NCBI RefSeq assembly: GCF_009914755.1
Contig: NC_060943.1
Length of the DNA stretch: 64,000 nucleotides
Reading direction: 5' to 3' (one strand)
From: the human T2T-CHM13v2.0 reference genome, Homo sapiens
In this document: in pieces, positions 1 through 17,900 of the stretch
How positions within the stretch are numbered: position 1 is the stretch's first letter
Layout of the letters: every line of letters starts with the position of its first letter
The notes under the pieces: model-generated
Told to the model about the DNA's origin: nothing
Seen by the model: the letters and a program-made list of their open reading frames with translations, nothing else
Databases searched by the model: none
Position numbers and translations under genes: made by a program

Positions 1-1615
1 AATGAAGAAAATGATACAAAAGATTAACAAAATAAAAAAATCAGTTTTTTAAAAAAATGAAATCAGCAAACTTTTAGCTAGACTAAGAAAAAAAGAGAAG
101 ACCCAAATAAGTAAAATCAGAGATGAAAAAAGAGACATTATAACCAATACTGGAGAAATTCAAAGGATCATTAGAAGCTACTGTGAGCAACTATATGCCA
201 ATAAATTAGAAAACCTAGAAGAAATAGATAAATTCCTAGAAAATACAACCTACCAAGATTGAACCATGAAGAAATCCAAAACCTGAACAGACTAATAGCA
301 GGTAATGAGATTGAAGCTGTAATAAAAAGTCTCCGAGCAAAGAAAAGCTCAGAACCCAATGGCTTCACTGCTGAATTTTACTGAACAATTAAAGAAGAAC
401 TAATACCAATCCTAATTAAACTATTCCAAATAATAGAGGAAGAGGGAATACTTCCAAACTCATTCCAGGAGGGCAATATTACCCTGATACGAAAACCAGA
501 CCAAGACACATCAAAAAAAAAAAAAAAAAGAAAGCTACAGGCCAATATCCTTGCTGAACATTGATGCAAAAATCCTCAACAAAATACTAGCAAACTGATT
601 TCAGCAACACATTAAAAAGACAATACATCATGACCAAGTGGGATTTATCTTAGAAATGCAAGGACGGTTAAACATGCGCAAATGAATCAATGTGATATAT
701 CAGATCAAGAGAATGAAGGACAAAAACCATATGATCATTTCAACTGGTGCTGAAAAAGCATTTGATAAAATTCAACATCCCTTCCATGATAAAAACCCTC
801 AAAAACTGAGTACAGAAGGAACATACCTCAATACAATAAAAGCCATATATGACAGACTCACAGCTAGTATCATACCGAATGGGGAAAAACAGAAAGCCTT
901 TCCTTTAAGATCTGGAATATGACAAGGGTGCCCACTTTCACCACTGTTATTCAACATAGTACTGGAAATCCTAGCAAGAGAAATCAGATAAGAGAAAGAA
1001 GTAAAGGGCATCCAAATTAAAAAAGAAGTCAAATTATCCTTGTTTGCATGTGATATGATCTTCTGTTTGAAAAAACCTGAAGACTCCAGCAAAAAAAGTA
1101 CCAGAACTGATAAACAAATTCAGTAAAGTTGCAGGATACAAAATCAACATAGAAAAATCAATAGCATTTCTATATGCCAACAGCAAACAATCTGACAAAA
1201 GAAATCAAGAAATTAATATTTTCAGTAGCTAAAAGTAAAATCCCTAGGAGTTAACCAAAGAATTGAAAGATCTCTACAATGAAAATTATAAAGCACTGAT
1301 GAAAAAAATTGAAGAGGACACACACAAAAAAATGGAAAGATAGTCCATGCTCATGGGTTGGAAGGATCAATATTGTTAAAATGTTCATACTACCTAAAGC
1401 AATCTATAGATTCAATGCAATTGTTATCAAAATACCAATGACATTCTTCACAGAAATAGGAAAAAATGCTAAAATTTATATGCAACCACAAAAGACCCAG
1501 AATAGGCAAAGCCATCCTGAGCAAACAGAAAAAACTGGAGGAGCCTGACTTCAAATTATACTACAAAACTACAGTAACCAAAATAGCATGGTACTGACAT
1601 AAAAGTAGACACATA

Positions 1616-1910
1616 GGCCAGGAAGGGTGGCTTGTGCCTGTAATCCCAGCACTTTGGGAGGCTGAGGTGGGAGAACTGCTTGAGCCTGGGAGTTTGAGTC
1701 CTGGGCAACATAGTGAGACCTTGTCTCTACAAAAAAATAAAAAATTAGGCATGGTGGTGTGCACCTGTGGTACTTGGGAAGCTGAGGCAAGAGGATTACC
1801 TAAGCCCAGGAGGTCAAGGCTACAGCAAGCCATGTTCACACCTCTGCACTCCAGCCTGAGCAAGAGAGCAAGATCCTGTCACAAACAGCGACAACAAAGA
1901 ATAACAACAA
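1616..1910 (+). mobile_element. Alu (old, AluJ-like)
   Basis: Dimeric Alu, CpG-depleted, degenerate tail, TSD-like AGACACA on both sides. Confidence 0.9.
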
Positions 1911-2563
1911 GCAGACACAAAGACCAATGGAACAGAACAGAGAACCCAGAAACAAATCCATACATCTCCAGCGAACTCATTTTCAACAGCGGTGCCGAGA
2001 AATATATTGGGGAAAGAACAGTGTCTTCAATAACTGGATATCCATATGCAGAAAAATGAAACCAGACCCCTATCTCTTGCCATACACAAAAATCAAATCA
2101 AAATGGATTAAAGACTTAAATCTAAGACCTCAAACTATGAAACGACTAAAAGAAAACAGAGGAAATTCTCTAGGATAATGGACTGGGCAAAGGTTCCTTG
2201 AGTAATATCCCGTAAGCACAGGTAGCCAAAGCAAAAATGGACAAATGGGATCATATCAAGTTAAAAAGCTTCTGTACAGCAAGGGAAACAATCAACAAAG
2301 TGAAGAGGCAACCCACAAAATGGGAGAAAATATATGTAAACTATCCATCAGACAGGGGATTAATAACTAGAATATATAAGGAGCTCAAATAACTGTATAT
2401 GAAAAAAGTCTAATAACTTGATTTAAAAAGGGGGAAAGATCTGAAGACATTTCTCAAAGGACATACAAATGGCAAAGAGGTATATGAAAAGGTGTTCAAC
2501 ATCACTGATCATCAGATAAATGCAAATCAAAACTACAGTGAGATATCATCTCACCCCAATTAA

Positions 2564-2868
<305 letters not shown>

Positions 2869-3770
2869 TAGAATGGCTTTCATCCAAAAGACAGGTACTA
2901 ACAAATACTGGCCAGGATGTGGAGAAAAGGGAACCCTCATACACTGTTGGTGGGAATGTAAATTAGTACAACCTGATGGAAAACAGTTTGGAAGTTCATC
3001 AAAAAAGTAAAATAGAACTATGATATAATCCAGCAATCCCACTGCTAAGTATATACCCAAAAGAAAGGAAATCAGTGTATTAAAGAGATATCTGTACTCC
3101 CTTATTTATTGCTTCCTTGTTTATTCACAATAGCCAAGATTTGGAATCAAGCTAAGTGCCCATCAGGAAATGCATGGATAAAGAAAATGTGATACATACA
3201 CACCTTGGAGTACTATTCAGCCATAAAAAAGAAGAGCCTATCATTTGCAACAACATGGATGCAACTGGAGATCATTACGTTAAGTGAAATAAGCTAGACA
3301 CAGAACGACAAAGCTCACATGTTCTCACTTATTTATGAGAGCTAAAAATTAAAACAACGGAACTCATGGAAATAGAGCACAGAATGATGGTTACCAGCAG
3401 CTAGGAAGGATAGTGGGTGGGGGAAATGGGGATGGTTAATGGGTACAAATATAGTTAGAATGAATAAGATCTAATATTTGATAGTGCAACAGGACAACTA
3501 TAGTCAACAATAATTTGTACATTTAAAAATAACCAAAAGAGTAAATTGGATTGTTTGTAACACAAAGGATAAATGCTTGGATAGATACCCTATTTACCCT
3601 GATGTGATTATTACTCATTGTATGCCTGTATCAAAATACCTCATGTACCTCATAAATGTATACCTCATACATGTATACACCTACTACGTATCCACAAAAA
3701 CTAAAAATTAAAAAAACTAACAACAAAGAATCCTATATTTAGGAAACTTATCTTTCAAAAATGAAGGTGA

Positions 3771-4090
3771 TTATGTTAGGTGAAAGAAGCCAGACACAAA
3801 AGGTCACATATTTTATTATTGTATATATATGAAATATTCAGAATAGATAATATAGCCAGAATAGGTAAATCCACAGAGACAGAATGCAGAATGGTGTTTG
3901 CCAGGGGCTAGGAGTGAGAGAGGGATAGGGGAACAGATGCTTAATGGGTATGGGGTTTTATTTTGAGGTGATAAAAATGTTACAGAACCAGATAGAGGTG
4001 GTGGCTATACAACACTGTGAATGTACTAAAGACCACTGAATCATAGAATGATTAATTTTAAATATGTATGTGAATTTCAGGTAAAAAAAT
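3771..4090 (+). mobile_element. L1MB-like 3' end fragment
   Basis: GTGAAAGAAGCCAGACACAAAAGG...GTAAATCCACAGAGACAGAA...ACAACACTGTGAATGTACTAAA; flanked by AAAATGAAGGTGA/AAAATAAGGTGA repeats. Confidence 0.75.
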
Positions 4091-4870
4091 AAGGTGAAAT
4101 AAGTAAAAACAAAGAATTCAATGCTAGCAGACTAGCCTCATAAGAAACACGGAAGGAAGTTATTCAGACTGAAAGGAAGTAACAAAAAACAATTAAAATC
4201 CACATGAAAAAATGAAGAGCTCCAATAAAGCACTAAGCAGAATGCAGAGCACACAATGATAAGTATATATCAGCTGAACTAATTTCATTTTCTTAGGTAC
4301 TCTGCCCTACATTTCTGGAGAAGTGAACCTTTTATTTGTAGATGAAGACTTAATATGGCAACAAAAGAACAAATAAATGTGATATCCTTCCTCTATGGGC
4401 TAATTTTCTTCTTTATCAATGCGCTTTATCACCAAGAATATCTTGAGACCTTCCATGGCCTTATTTTATACTACCTTGGCCTCTACTCAGCACTCACTGG
4501 CTCCAAACACGTTTAACCAGTATACTAGTTTTGAAGTACATTTTAATCTATGTTTCCTTATGCCTCATACATTTTCTCCACTTAACTTTATTGAAAAAGG
4601 AAAGACAGAGGAGAAGATGAAAGGGGAAAATCCTCTCCTTCCTCTTACAGGCCTGGAATAGAGGAAACAAAGGCCTTGAAGGTAGGGAGGTAATATGTGC
4701 CTAGAACTCCCCACACTCTAAGGCATGAGTGTGAAATGCAAGAGAAGCAGTGAGTTAAGTGGGAAAAGTGTCATGTCAAACTGAGAGAATAACTTCTAAG
4801 TAGCTTTCAGTTCCCATGTAGCACAGACCCTGAGTAGGATGAAGTAGGGTCATTTCAGAAGGCAAGGTGA

Positions 4871-5165
4871 GGCTGGGCATAGTGGCTCATGCCTGTAATC
4901 CCAACACTTTGGGAGGCCGAGAGGCAGGAGGATTGCCTGAGCCCAGGAGTTCGAGATCAGCCTGGGCAACATAGTGGGACCTTGTCTCTACAAATTGTTT
5001 TTTTAAATTAGCCAGGCATGGGGGCACGTGCCTGTACTCCCAGCTACTTGGGTAGCTGAAGGCGGGAGGATTGCTTGAGCCCAGCAGGCAGAGGTTGCAG
5101 CGAGCTGAGATTGTGCCACGCCAGCCTGGGTGACAGAGTAAGACCCTGTTTCAAAAAAAAAAAAA
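4871..5165 (+). mobile_element. Alu (AluJ-like)
   Basis: Dimeric Alu with A-tail; TSD AGAAGGCAAG. Confidence 0.9.
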
Positions 5166-5544
5166 GAAGGCAAGATGCTCCTACATGCATGCTGTGGGGT
5201 TTAGGGGACCCAGGAAGCATCTAGAGAATGACAGATTCAGAGAGATCTACAGAGATAGCAAGAACCAAAGGAGGCCAGTTGATAAAGAGAGGTCCTTGGA
5301 CCATCACTGAGCTGTGAAATACACCATAAATTCATCAGCCACTGAATGTCCTGAAAAAGGAGCTAGCTAAATCATCCAGCATATACCCAAGCTATGAAGA
5401 TCTTCCCTGTTATCTCAAACACCACTTTAACAGAGAACAGGGATACAAAGTAGAATCTGAATGACTAAATAATTGTCAAGAGAACAATTTGCTGATTGAA
5501 CTAAGTTTTGAATCAGACTGCATTAAAATTAGTTTTTTCATTTT

Positions 5545-6200
5545 ATCAATCAGAACTCACAGGGGATAGCAGAGTGAGTTTAGAAACACTCTGGGCCTCT
5601 TGGAGCTTAGATTCTACTTTGGGGACAGGGAAATGAAAACATAAGCAAGTGAATAAGTGAGATAAAATGTGATATTGATAAGTTAAGAAAATGCAATAAA
5701 GGTAATGGGTTATGGAATGAATCAGAAACTCTACTTTGAATTTAGTAACCAAAGACAACCTTGAGGAAGATGACATTTCAGCAGAAACCTGAATGATGAG
5801 AAAGAACCAGTCATATAAATATCTAGGGTAGGAACATTTAAAAGCATGTTCAGAGTTCTTGGGGCAAGACAAAGTTGGTCTGCTCAAAGCGGGGAAAGGT
5901 TAGTGAGGGTGAAACACAGTGAATGAGGGAGAATGTAGCACAAGATAATGGTGAAGACATGGGCAGAAGGCATACCAAGAGGGGCTTTGTAAGGGACGTT
6001 ATTCCACATGTAAAGGAAAGACACTAGATGGTATTAAGCAGAGAAGTCATAATAAAACCTTAGGTTTAAATTATCACTTTGGTTGTTCTATGGAGAATGG
6101 ACTATAGATGGTCAGGAGTGGATACAGGGAGATTAGTAGGCAGTTGCCAGAGTAGTTCCAGGTAAGAAATGAAGTGACATGGATTATAAGATCCATGGAA
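5545..6200 (-). mobile_element. L2 fragment
   Basis: Purine-rich degenerate antisense L2 motifs (GGAGCTTAGATTCTA, TCACTTTGGTTGTTCTATGGAGAATGGAC). Confidence 0.55.
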
Positions 6201-6568
6201 ATGTTGATCAGAGAATATAATAATATTCAGCAATGAGATTAACTGAACTACAACTAGATGCACCAATTTAACATGGATGAATCTCACAAACATAATATTA
6301 AACAAAAGCCAGACACAGAATACACAGATTATATAAAGTTAAAAGACAGGAAGAAACAATTTATGGTGATAAAAGTTGAACACTCCTGGGGTGGGGGTGA
6401 TGACTAGGAAGTATAGAAAAGGTATCCTAGAGTGCTAGGGTAATTCTGTATTTCTTCACTGAGTGTGTGCGCTGTGTTACACAGGTATGTTCATTTTGAA
6501 AATTAACTGAGTGTGCCTGAGGAAGAAACTGGAGATATATAGAAGCTGGCAGATAAAAATACATGGTC

Positions 6569-6868
<300 letters not shown>

Positions 6869-7199
6869 TCAAAGAAAGGTATATCTCAGAAGAGCAAAGC
6901 TTTGAGCTGAGGGTAAAAAGTAAAATATGTTCAGTATCTGAGAGTGTAGGATAAATCTGAAAGAAAACCACAAGTATTCACAGAATATCAAGTGTACTAG
7001 GTGATCTTCTAGGTACTGGAGATACAGCAGTAAACAAAGTAAAACACACTCTCTGCTTACATTCTAGTGGTTAAAATTTTAAGAATTTACCAGAAATGAT
7101 TACAGTGTGGCTCAATCAGCAGCAAATGCCCATTGAAAAAGATAATTACATAGGGTCATCTGAAAGACACACATCCCACCTCTTTCTTAAGATAGTCTA

Positions 7200-7549
<350 letters not shown>

Positions 7550-8403
7550 TTATGTATGACATGCATAGAGTAATGTGGTAAAATGGACTAGTCTTAAGCA
7601 TAAAATCTGATAAATCTGTATACATTTATAGACATGGGTACCTACCAGTAAGTCAAAATACAGAACATTTTCACCCCTCCAGATTTCTTCATGCTGTTTC
7701 ACAGTAAATACCCTCTCAGAGGTAACCAGTATTCTGACTTCTATCACAATACATTAGTTTTGCCCATTTTCAACTTTATATGAATGGAACCCTATGATAT
7801 ATACTTTTTTGTTTCTGGCTTCTTTCATTCTATGTTTGTGTAATCTATCCATGTTGGTTGTTGCGTGTAACAGTCATCTGTTCTTTTTTATTGTTAAGTA
7901 GTATTTCACCGTGTGAAATACTATAATTTATTCCTTTTCCTGTTAATTTTCATTTGCATTGTTTCTAATGCTGGGCTATTTTGATAGTTACACTTTGTTT
8001 TATCCTTGATCGAAAGAGAACATCAAAAGAGCTAGGTTTATCAACTACAAGAAGTAACACTACAATGTTTTCATTGACCTAGGTATCAATGAAAAGCTTA
8101 TTTCTGTTAGAAAATGTTGATTTTTTATTGTTACAATGAAAATTATGTAACAAATTTTTGCTCTGGTTTTCTTTACCTGTAAAAAGGAAATTTAAATTTG
8201 AAGCCCAGCTTTAATCTCTCTGAATGAATTTCATAAAATACCCACATTTTAACTCTTCCCTAGTTTTAATCGTTCAACTCTATTTCCCCTGAAAATATGT
8301 TTTATGTATACAGACCTTTATAATTTACTGTATGAATTACTGCAATCCCCTTAAATTGCATTGGAGAGTAAGGCAAGAAACAAATACACTATTTAACATT
8401 TAC

Positions 8404-8461
8404 CTGGGACTCAGTCATTTCCTCTTCTTTCTGGGAAGGGATGGGGCCTGCAGAAGTAGAG
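8404..8461 (-). CDS. ZNF569: ZNF569 start-codon exon; ATG at 8418-8416 encodes MTESQ, next exons (KRAB-A etc.) lie outside the window
   Basis: Minus strand reads cttttattctcttccccag|CTCTACTTCTGC...GAAGAGGAA ATG ACT GAG TCC CAG|gtaaat: polypyrimidine acceptor, phase-0 donor typical of KZFP pre-KRAB exons; MTESQ is the N-terminus I recall for ZNF569. Confidence 0.85.
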
Positions 8462-8935
8462 CTGGGGAAGAGAATAAAAGTCATTAAAATAGGCCTGTCT
8501 TTAGTTTCAGAAACATGCACACACAGGGTGGATTAAAGGTCACCCTGTAGTGGAATGATAATTAAATCTATCAGAAATGCCAAGAATATTCATACCACAA
8601 AGGTTCTTAATAGGTGTGAGGATGATTGGAATAATCATGCAGAGCTTGGGCACAGGGTGGATAGAAACAGGGGTGCGTATGTGGGAGCTCTGTATCAGAG
8701 AATACATGTAGCATCATGAAAGCATATATGCAGGAAAATTATGAAACTGACAAAACACCTAAAGTATTTTAAAGTATTGAGACATTTAAGACAGTCATAA
8801 TTAGCAATTAAAAAAGAAGTAGCAATTTAAAAGAATTTAAAAGGTGATATATCTTGAGGAACAAATAAAAAGTTTTTATGTGTGAGTAATGTGTATCGGA
8901 GGTACTGATGGTAAGAGAGTTAAATCCGTACTTTT

Positions 8936-10860
<1,925 letters not shown>

Positions 10861-12053
10861 AAAGGCATAAAAACAGAGTGAATTTTACTGTATACAAATA
10901 GAATTCAACCAGGATGTGAATTCTGGGAGGTGGAATCTAAAATAGAATGTAGAATATGACACATTAATTTAACTGTACTACAGAAGAGGTTTATGGTAGA
11001 TTCTTTGGCATTTTCTACTTAATTATGTTGTCTGCAAATAGAAACAGTTATATTCCTTCCTTTTCAATCTTTATGTCTTTTATGTACTTTTCCCTTATTG
11101 CACTGGCTAGGAATTCCAGTACAATAGTGACTATTATAATAGTAGTAAGAGAGGACATCCTTGCATTGTTCCCAGTCTTAGAGATAAAGCATTCAGTATC
11201 TCACCATTAACTGTAATGTAGCTCTAGGTTTTTTGAAGATGCCCTTTAGTAAAGGTTGTTCCCTTCAATTCCTAGTTTGCTGAGGAGTTGCTTTGTTTTT
11301 TGTTGTTAACATGAATGAATGTTTGTCAAGTGCTTTTCTGCATCTACTAACAGTCATATGTTTATTCTCTTATTACAGTCAACTGTAGTAATTGATTTTC
11401 AAAGGATGAACTGGAAATTCATCTCATATTCCCAAGATGAACCCTATTGTGATATACTTTTTTCATATTGCTAGATTCAATTCACCCATATTCTGTTGAG
11501 GATTTTTGTTTCTAACTCCATGAGGAATACTAGTCTGTAGTTTTCTTGTAATATCTTTGGCTTTGGTATCTGGGCAAAGCTGGCCTCATAAAATCAGATG
11601 AAAAGTCTTCCTCCTCTTCTATATTCTGGAAAAGTTTGTATAGAATCATTAGAATTTCTTCCGTAGATGTTTAGTACTTCACCTGGGAAATTATCTGGGT
11701 GTGGAGTTTCCATTTTGGAAGGTTTTTAATCACAAATTCAATTTCATTAATAGATATACAACTATTCAGGTTATTTCTTATTGTCTGAATTTTGGTAGTT
11801 TATGTCTTTCAAAAAATTTACTCATTCATCCAAGTTGTCAAATTCGCAGGTATGGAGTTGTTTGCAGTATTCTTTTATTATCCTTTTCAAATCTGTGGGG
11901 GTGAGTGTGACACCCTATCTTTCATTCCTGATATTATCAGCAATTTGTTTCTTTTTTTCAACTTTTATTGATCTTTTCAAAGAACAAGCCTTTAGTTCAC
12001 TGATTTTTCTCCATTATTTTTGGTTTCAAATTGTCCTGAATTATGCTGTAATC

Positions 12054-12341
12054 TTTTTTTTTTTTTTTTTTTTTTTTTTGAGACGGAGTCTGGCCCTGTC
12101 GCCCAGGCTGGAGTGCAGTGTTGTGGTCTCAGCTCACCGCAAGCTCCGCCTCCCGGGTTCACGCCTTTCTCCTGCCTCAGCCTCGCGAGTAGCTGGGACT
12201 AAACGCGCCCGCAACCACGCCCGGCTGATTTTTTGTATTTTTAGTAGAGACGGGGTTTCACCGTGTTAGCCAGGATGGTCTCGATCTCCTGACCTCGTGA
12301 TCCACCCACCTCAGCCTCCCAAAGAGCCACCGCATCCGGCC
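12054..12341 (-). mobile_element. AluY-like with short internal deletion
   Basis: CpG-rich; perfect TSD TATGCTGTAATCTTT; lacks the TGCTGGGATTACAGGCGTG segment. Confidence 0.9.
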
Positions 12342-14501
12342 TATGCTGTAATCTTTAATATCCGTTTCCTTTTGTTTGCTTTGAGTTTAGTTTGCTTGTT
12401 TCCCCTCTAGTTTGTTAAGGCAGAAGTGTAGTAATGATTTTTCTAATTATTTATATCATGTAATGCAACAAACTTCCCTGTATGCACTAATTTAGCTGCT
12501 TCCCACATATTTTGGTGTGCTGTATTTCCATTTTCTTTCGAATTATTTTTTAATTTCCTATAATGTTTCTTGACTCATGGACTATTTAGAAGTGTGTTTC
12601 ATTTTGAAATATTTGGAGATTTTCCAGATACCTTTCTGTTCTTTACTTCTAGTTTTATTCTGCTATGTTCTGAGAACAGACTTTGAATGACTTTTATGTC
12701 TTTAAAATTCTTGACATTTCTATTATGGCCCCAAATATGATCTATGTAGGTGAATGCCCATGCGCACTTGAGGAAGACATGTATTCTGCTGTTGTTTAGA
12801 ATGTTCTATAAATGTCACTCACATTTGAACACCGAAAAAATTGACATTCAATACATGAATGTTGGTTGATAATGCCGTTTTGGAGTCTTCTGTAACCTTT
12901 CTGATATCCTTTCACGCTCTATCGATTCCTGAAAGAGAAGTTTTAAGTCCCCAACTATAATTGTGCGTGTGTCTATTTCTCCTTTCAGTTCTATCAGTTT
13001 TTGCCTCGTATATCTTGAAGCTCTGTTAGCTGCATACACATTTATGATTGTTGTCTCTTCTTACTAACCCCTTGAGCATTATGTTTCTTCATCCCTGATT
13101 AAATCCCTTGTTCTAAACTTTGTCTAATATTAAAGTTGCTTCCTCTTTTTTTTTTTTGGTTAGTATTTTGTGGCTTTTTTTAATATCATTTGCTTTTAAT
13201 ATACTTATTTATCTTTATATTTAAAATGGGTATCTTAGGCTACTCCATCTTGTAGTCTGGTAGTTAAAATGGGTTTCTTGTAAAACAGCATTTAGATGAA
13301 TCTTGCTCTTTTATTCAATGTGATAAGCTCTATCTGTAACTGGTGCATTCAGAATGATATTAAAATTGATTACTGATACAGCTGGATTAAGATGTACCAT
13401 CTTCTTAGCTGTTTTCTATTTGCTCCTTTGTTCTTTTTCGCTCTCCTTCCCCCACTTTTCTCCTTTGGTTTCGTTTAATTGCACACTTTTTATTATTCTG
13501 TTTTATCTCCCACTTAGTCATTGTGGATGACATTTTAATGTACTGTTGGACATGGTTTTCTAGTATTTTGTTGGGGATTTTTGCATCTGTGCTCACCAGG
13601 AATACTGCCCTGCAGTTTTCTTGTGTCTCTGTCTTGCTTTGGTATCAGGTTAATGCTGGCCTCATGAGTCTGGAACTGGTCCCTCCTCCTCAATATTCTG
13701 AAAGATTTTGAGAAGGATTTCCATTAATTCATCTTTAAATGTTTGGTAGAATTCACCAGTGGAGCTGTATGGTCCAGAGCTCTTCCATTAGGAGGTTTTT
13801 GATTCCTGATTCAGTTTCCACACTAGTTATAGGTCTGTTCAGACATTTTATAATATTTCTTCATGATCTAATCTTGGTAGTTCGTATGTTTCTAGGAATT
13901 TAATTTTTTATTCTAGGTTATCCAGTTTGTTGATGTATAATTGTTCACAGTTTTTTCTTAAGATCCTTTTTACTTCTGTGGCATCAGTTGTATTGTCTCT
14001 TCTTTCAATTCTGATGTTATTTATTTGAGTCTTCTCTATTTTTTTCATAGTTTAGCTAACGGTTTGTCAGTTTATCTTTTCCAAATACCAACTGTTAGTT
14101 TCTGTCACTTTTCTATTTAATTTATTTATGCTCTCGTTTCCTTTATTTCCTTTCTTCTGCTAACTTTGGGCTTAGTTTGCTCTTCTGATTCTAGTTCCTT
14201 GAGATGTAAAGTTAGTTGTTTATTTGAGATCTTTCTTCTTTTATCAGGTAAGAGCTTATCCATATGAATTTACCTCTCAGTTCTGCTTTTGCTGCAACTT
14301 ATAAGTTTTGGTATGTTGTGTTTTTGTTTGCCTCAAGGTATTTTCTAATTTCATTTTTTATTTCTCGTTTGACCCAATGGTTATTCAAGATTATGTTCAT
14401 TTCAATATACTTCTGGATTTCTTGGTTTTCCTTGTTATATTGATTTCTAGTTTCATTCTACTGTGGTCAGAAAATATATTTGGTATGATTTAGATATTTT
14501 A

Positions 14502-14988
<487 letters not shown>

Positions 14989-17900
14989 TCAGGAAGTTCT
15001 GTCCATTATTAATGGACAGAAAGTGGGGTATTAAAGTCTCCTATTATATTGTATTGCTGTATATTTCTCCCTTCAATTTTGCCAGTGTTTCTTTTACATA
15101 TTAGATGTCCTGGTGTTGGGTGCATATATATTTATAATCATTCTATCTTCCCAGTGGGTTGACCTATTATCATTATAAAATGTCCTTCCTTGTCTCTTGT
15201 GACAGTTTTTTACTTAAATCCTATTTTATCTGACATATGTATAGCTACCCCGCTGTCTTTTGGTTACCATTTGCATGGATCATCTTTTTCCATCCCGCAC
15301 CTTCAGCCTATGTGTGCCGTTAAGATCTGAAGTGAGCTTTTTGTAGACAGCATATAGTTGGGTCTTGTTTATATATCCATTCAGCCACTCTGTTTCTTGA
15401 TTGGGGAGTTTAATGTGCGTTTCCTGTAATTATTGCTAGGGAAGAATTTACTATTGCTATTTTGTTAGTTGCTTTATGTTAGTCTTCTTCCTTCATCTCT
15501 TCTCTCTTGCAGTCTCCCTTTGTGTTTTGTTAGTTTTTTGTATTGATATGCTTTGACTTCTTTCTCTTTTGTGTAGCCTCTATGGGTAATTTCTGGCATA
15601 TGTAGTTAGTTTGGGGCTTACATAAAATATAGATGTAACAGTCTATTTTGAGCTGGTAACAAACTTAAGTTTAATCACATACAAAAACTCTTCATTTTAA
15701 ATTCTCCTGCCCACATTTGGTTATAACTGTCACAATTCACATCTATTCACAGTGTATCTTTTAACATATTTCATATCTATTTTTAATACTTTTGTCTTTT
15801 AACTTTCATAGTAGAATTAAAAGTTATTTACCCACCACCATTATGGTAATGCAGTATTCTGTATTTACATATATATTTACCTCTATCAATGAGTTTCATA
15901 CTTTTCTATACTGTCTTTTTGCTGTTTGGTGTTTTTTCATTTCTATTTGAAAACTCCCTTTAGCATTTTTTATAAGGCAGGTCTAGTGGTGATGCTTTGG
16001 TTTGGGAAAGTCTTTCTCTCATCATCATTTTTAAAGGATAGTTTTGCCAAGTATAGTATTCCGGGTTGGCAGAGATTTTTTTGTTATTGTTGTTTGTTTT
16101 GTCTGTTTGATCTTTCAGCTCTTTGAATATATCATTCTACTCTGTTCTCGCCTGCAAAGTTTCTGCTGAAAAAAATCCCTTAATAGTCCTATAGATGTTC
16201 CCTTGTATGTGACAAGTTGCTTTTCTCTTGCTGCTTTCAAAATTCTGTGTTTGACTTTTGACAATTTGCTATAATGCATCTTGGTATGGGTTTGTTTCAT
16301 TTTATTTTGTGTCCTTTGTGCTTCCTGAATCTGGATGTTCGTTTCCTTCCCCAGCTTTGGGGAGTTTTCAGCCATTACTTTTAAAATAAGCTTTCTGGTC
16401 CTTTTTCTCTATTTTCTCCTGAGATTCCCATAATGCATATATTAGTCTGCTTGATGGTATTCTATAACCCACTTAAGCCTTCTTCACTCTTTTTCATTAT
16501 TTTTTATTATCACTCCCCTGACTGAATTATTTCTAATGGCTTGTCTTCCAGTTTGCTAATCCTTTCTTCTGCTTTATTTAGTCTGATGTTGAATCCTTCT
16601 AGTGAATTTTTCAGCCAATTCTCTGGAGAGCCCACAAAGAAAAGATGGCGTACTGGTTGCACAAACCAACCCCTTCTCTCCCCTGGATGAGTTAGGGCAT
16701 CTCTTCCTGACTGTCTGGTACTGTACCAGGGGCAGTATCTCCAGCAACAGGGTATCCTGAATCTCCCTACTAGCTTCACTAGTCTTGTTTCATGTTCTCT
16801 CAGGATGCAACAGCCTTTACAATTAGTTTCTGATTTCTCACAAACAGAATTTGTCTGTGAATTGTTGCTGAATTAGTATTTTGGGAAGGTGAGGAAGGGT
16901 CCAAGTCTTCCTACACCACCATCTTGCTGATGTCACCCCCCACTCCTTCATTTTGAAGGGGTATTTTTGCTTGGTGTGAAATCCTGGATTGACAGTTTTT
17001 CTGCACTTTAAAAATGATTCTCCCTTGTCTTCTTGCTTGCATGGTCTCTGATAATAGATCTGCTATATGTAATTCTTATTCTTGTTCCTCAATAGACAAT
17101 TTTTTTCTTGTTATCTTCAAGATTTTCCTTTTATTTTTAGTTTCCAGCAGTTTAAATATAATATGTGTAGATGTGTTTTAAAATTTTGTTTTGGTATTTA
17201 TCTCTGAGCTTCTTGGACCTATGGTTTCGTGTCACTAACTTGGAAAATTCTCAGCCATCATTTATTTAAATACTTTTCTTCCATCTCTGCTCCAATTACC
17301 CATCAGGTCCATTTCATATAAGTCATAGTTATCTTAAATTCCTGTTGGGTTGTTGCAATACCTATGTCATAACTAAGTCAGTTATGATTATTGCTTTGTC
17401 TCTTTGAAGTATGTTTTTTCTTTTTCTTCTTGCCTTTTTATATGCCTCATAATCTTCATTGAAGGCTGTACATCTTGGATAGTACAGTAGATATGAAGGT
17501 TAAGAAGTTTTTACACTTAAACATGAGTATGTCTTTTCTTCTGCTAGGTTTTTAACATGGGGGGTTATGCTGGTCTATTCAATAGCTGGACAGGGTTTGA
17601 GGTTTGTCATTGCTGTGGTTACACTGAGTGTACCCCAGGCTTCAATAATATCCTCTAATAATATCTGTGTTTAAGGTAAGGGTTGATTTCCCATGGTTGT
17701 TTTCTCAATGCATGTTTCTCCCTTAGTTTTGGGTGTTCCATTTGTGCTGCTCCCCAGAGAGAATCTCTCTTGCAGGCTTCCTAGCTGTACTCTACTATTG
17801 CTTCTATTTGATTCTTGTTATCTTGGTGGGGGTTGAGTAGACGGAGGGATAGCATTCTCTTATGATCTCACTAAGCCTCAGTCTTAGGCAGACACCATAT

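Noticed and set aside
4260-5540. Possible ancient LTR or unique regulatory sequence around the Alu at 4871
   Set aside because: Could not assign a family or find termini by eye
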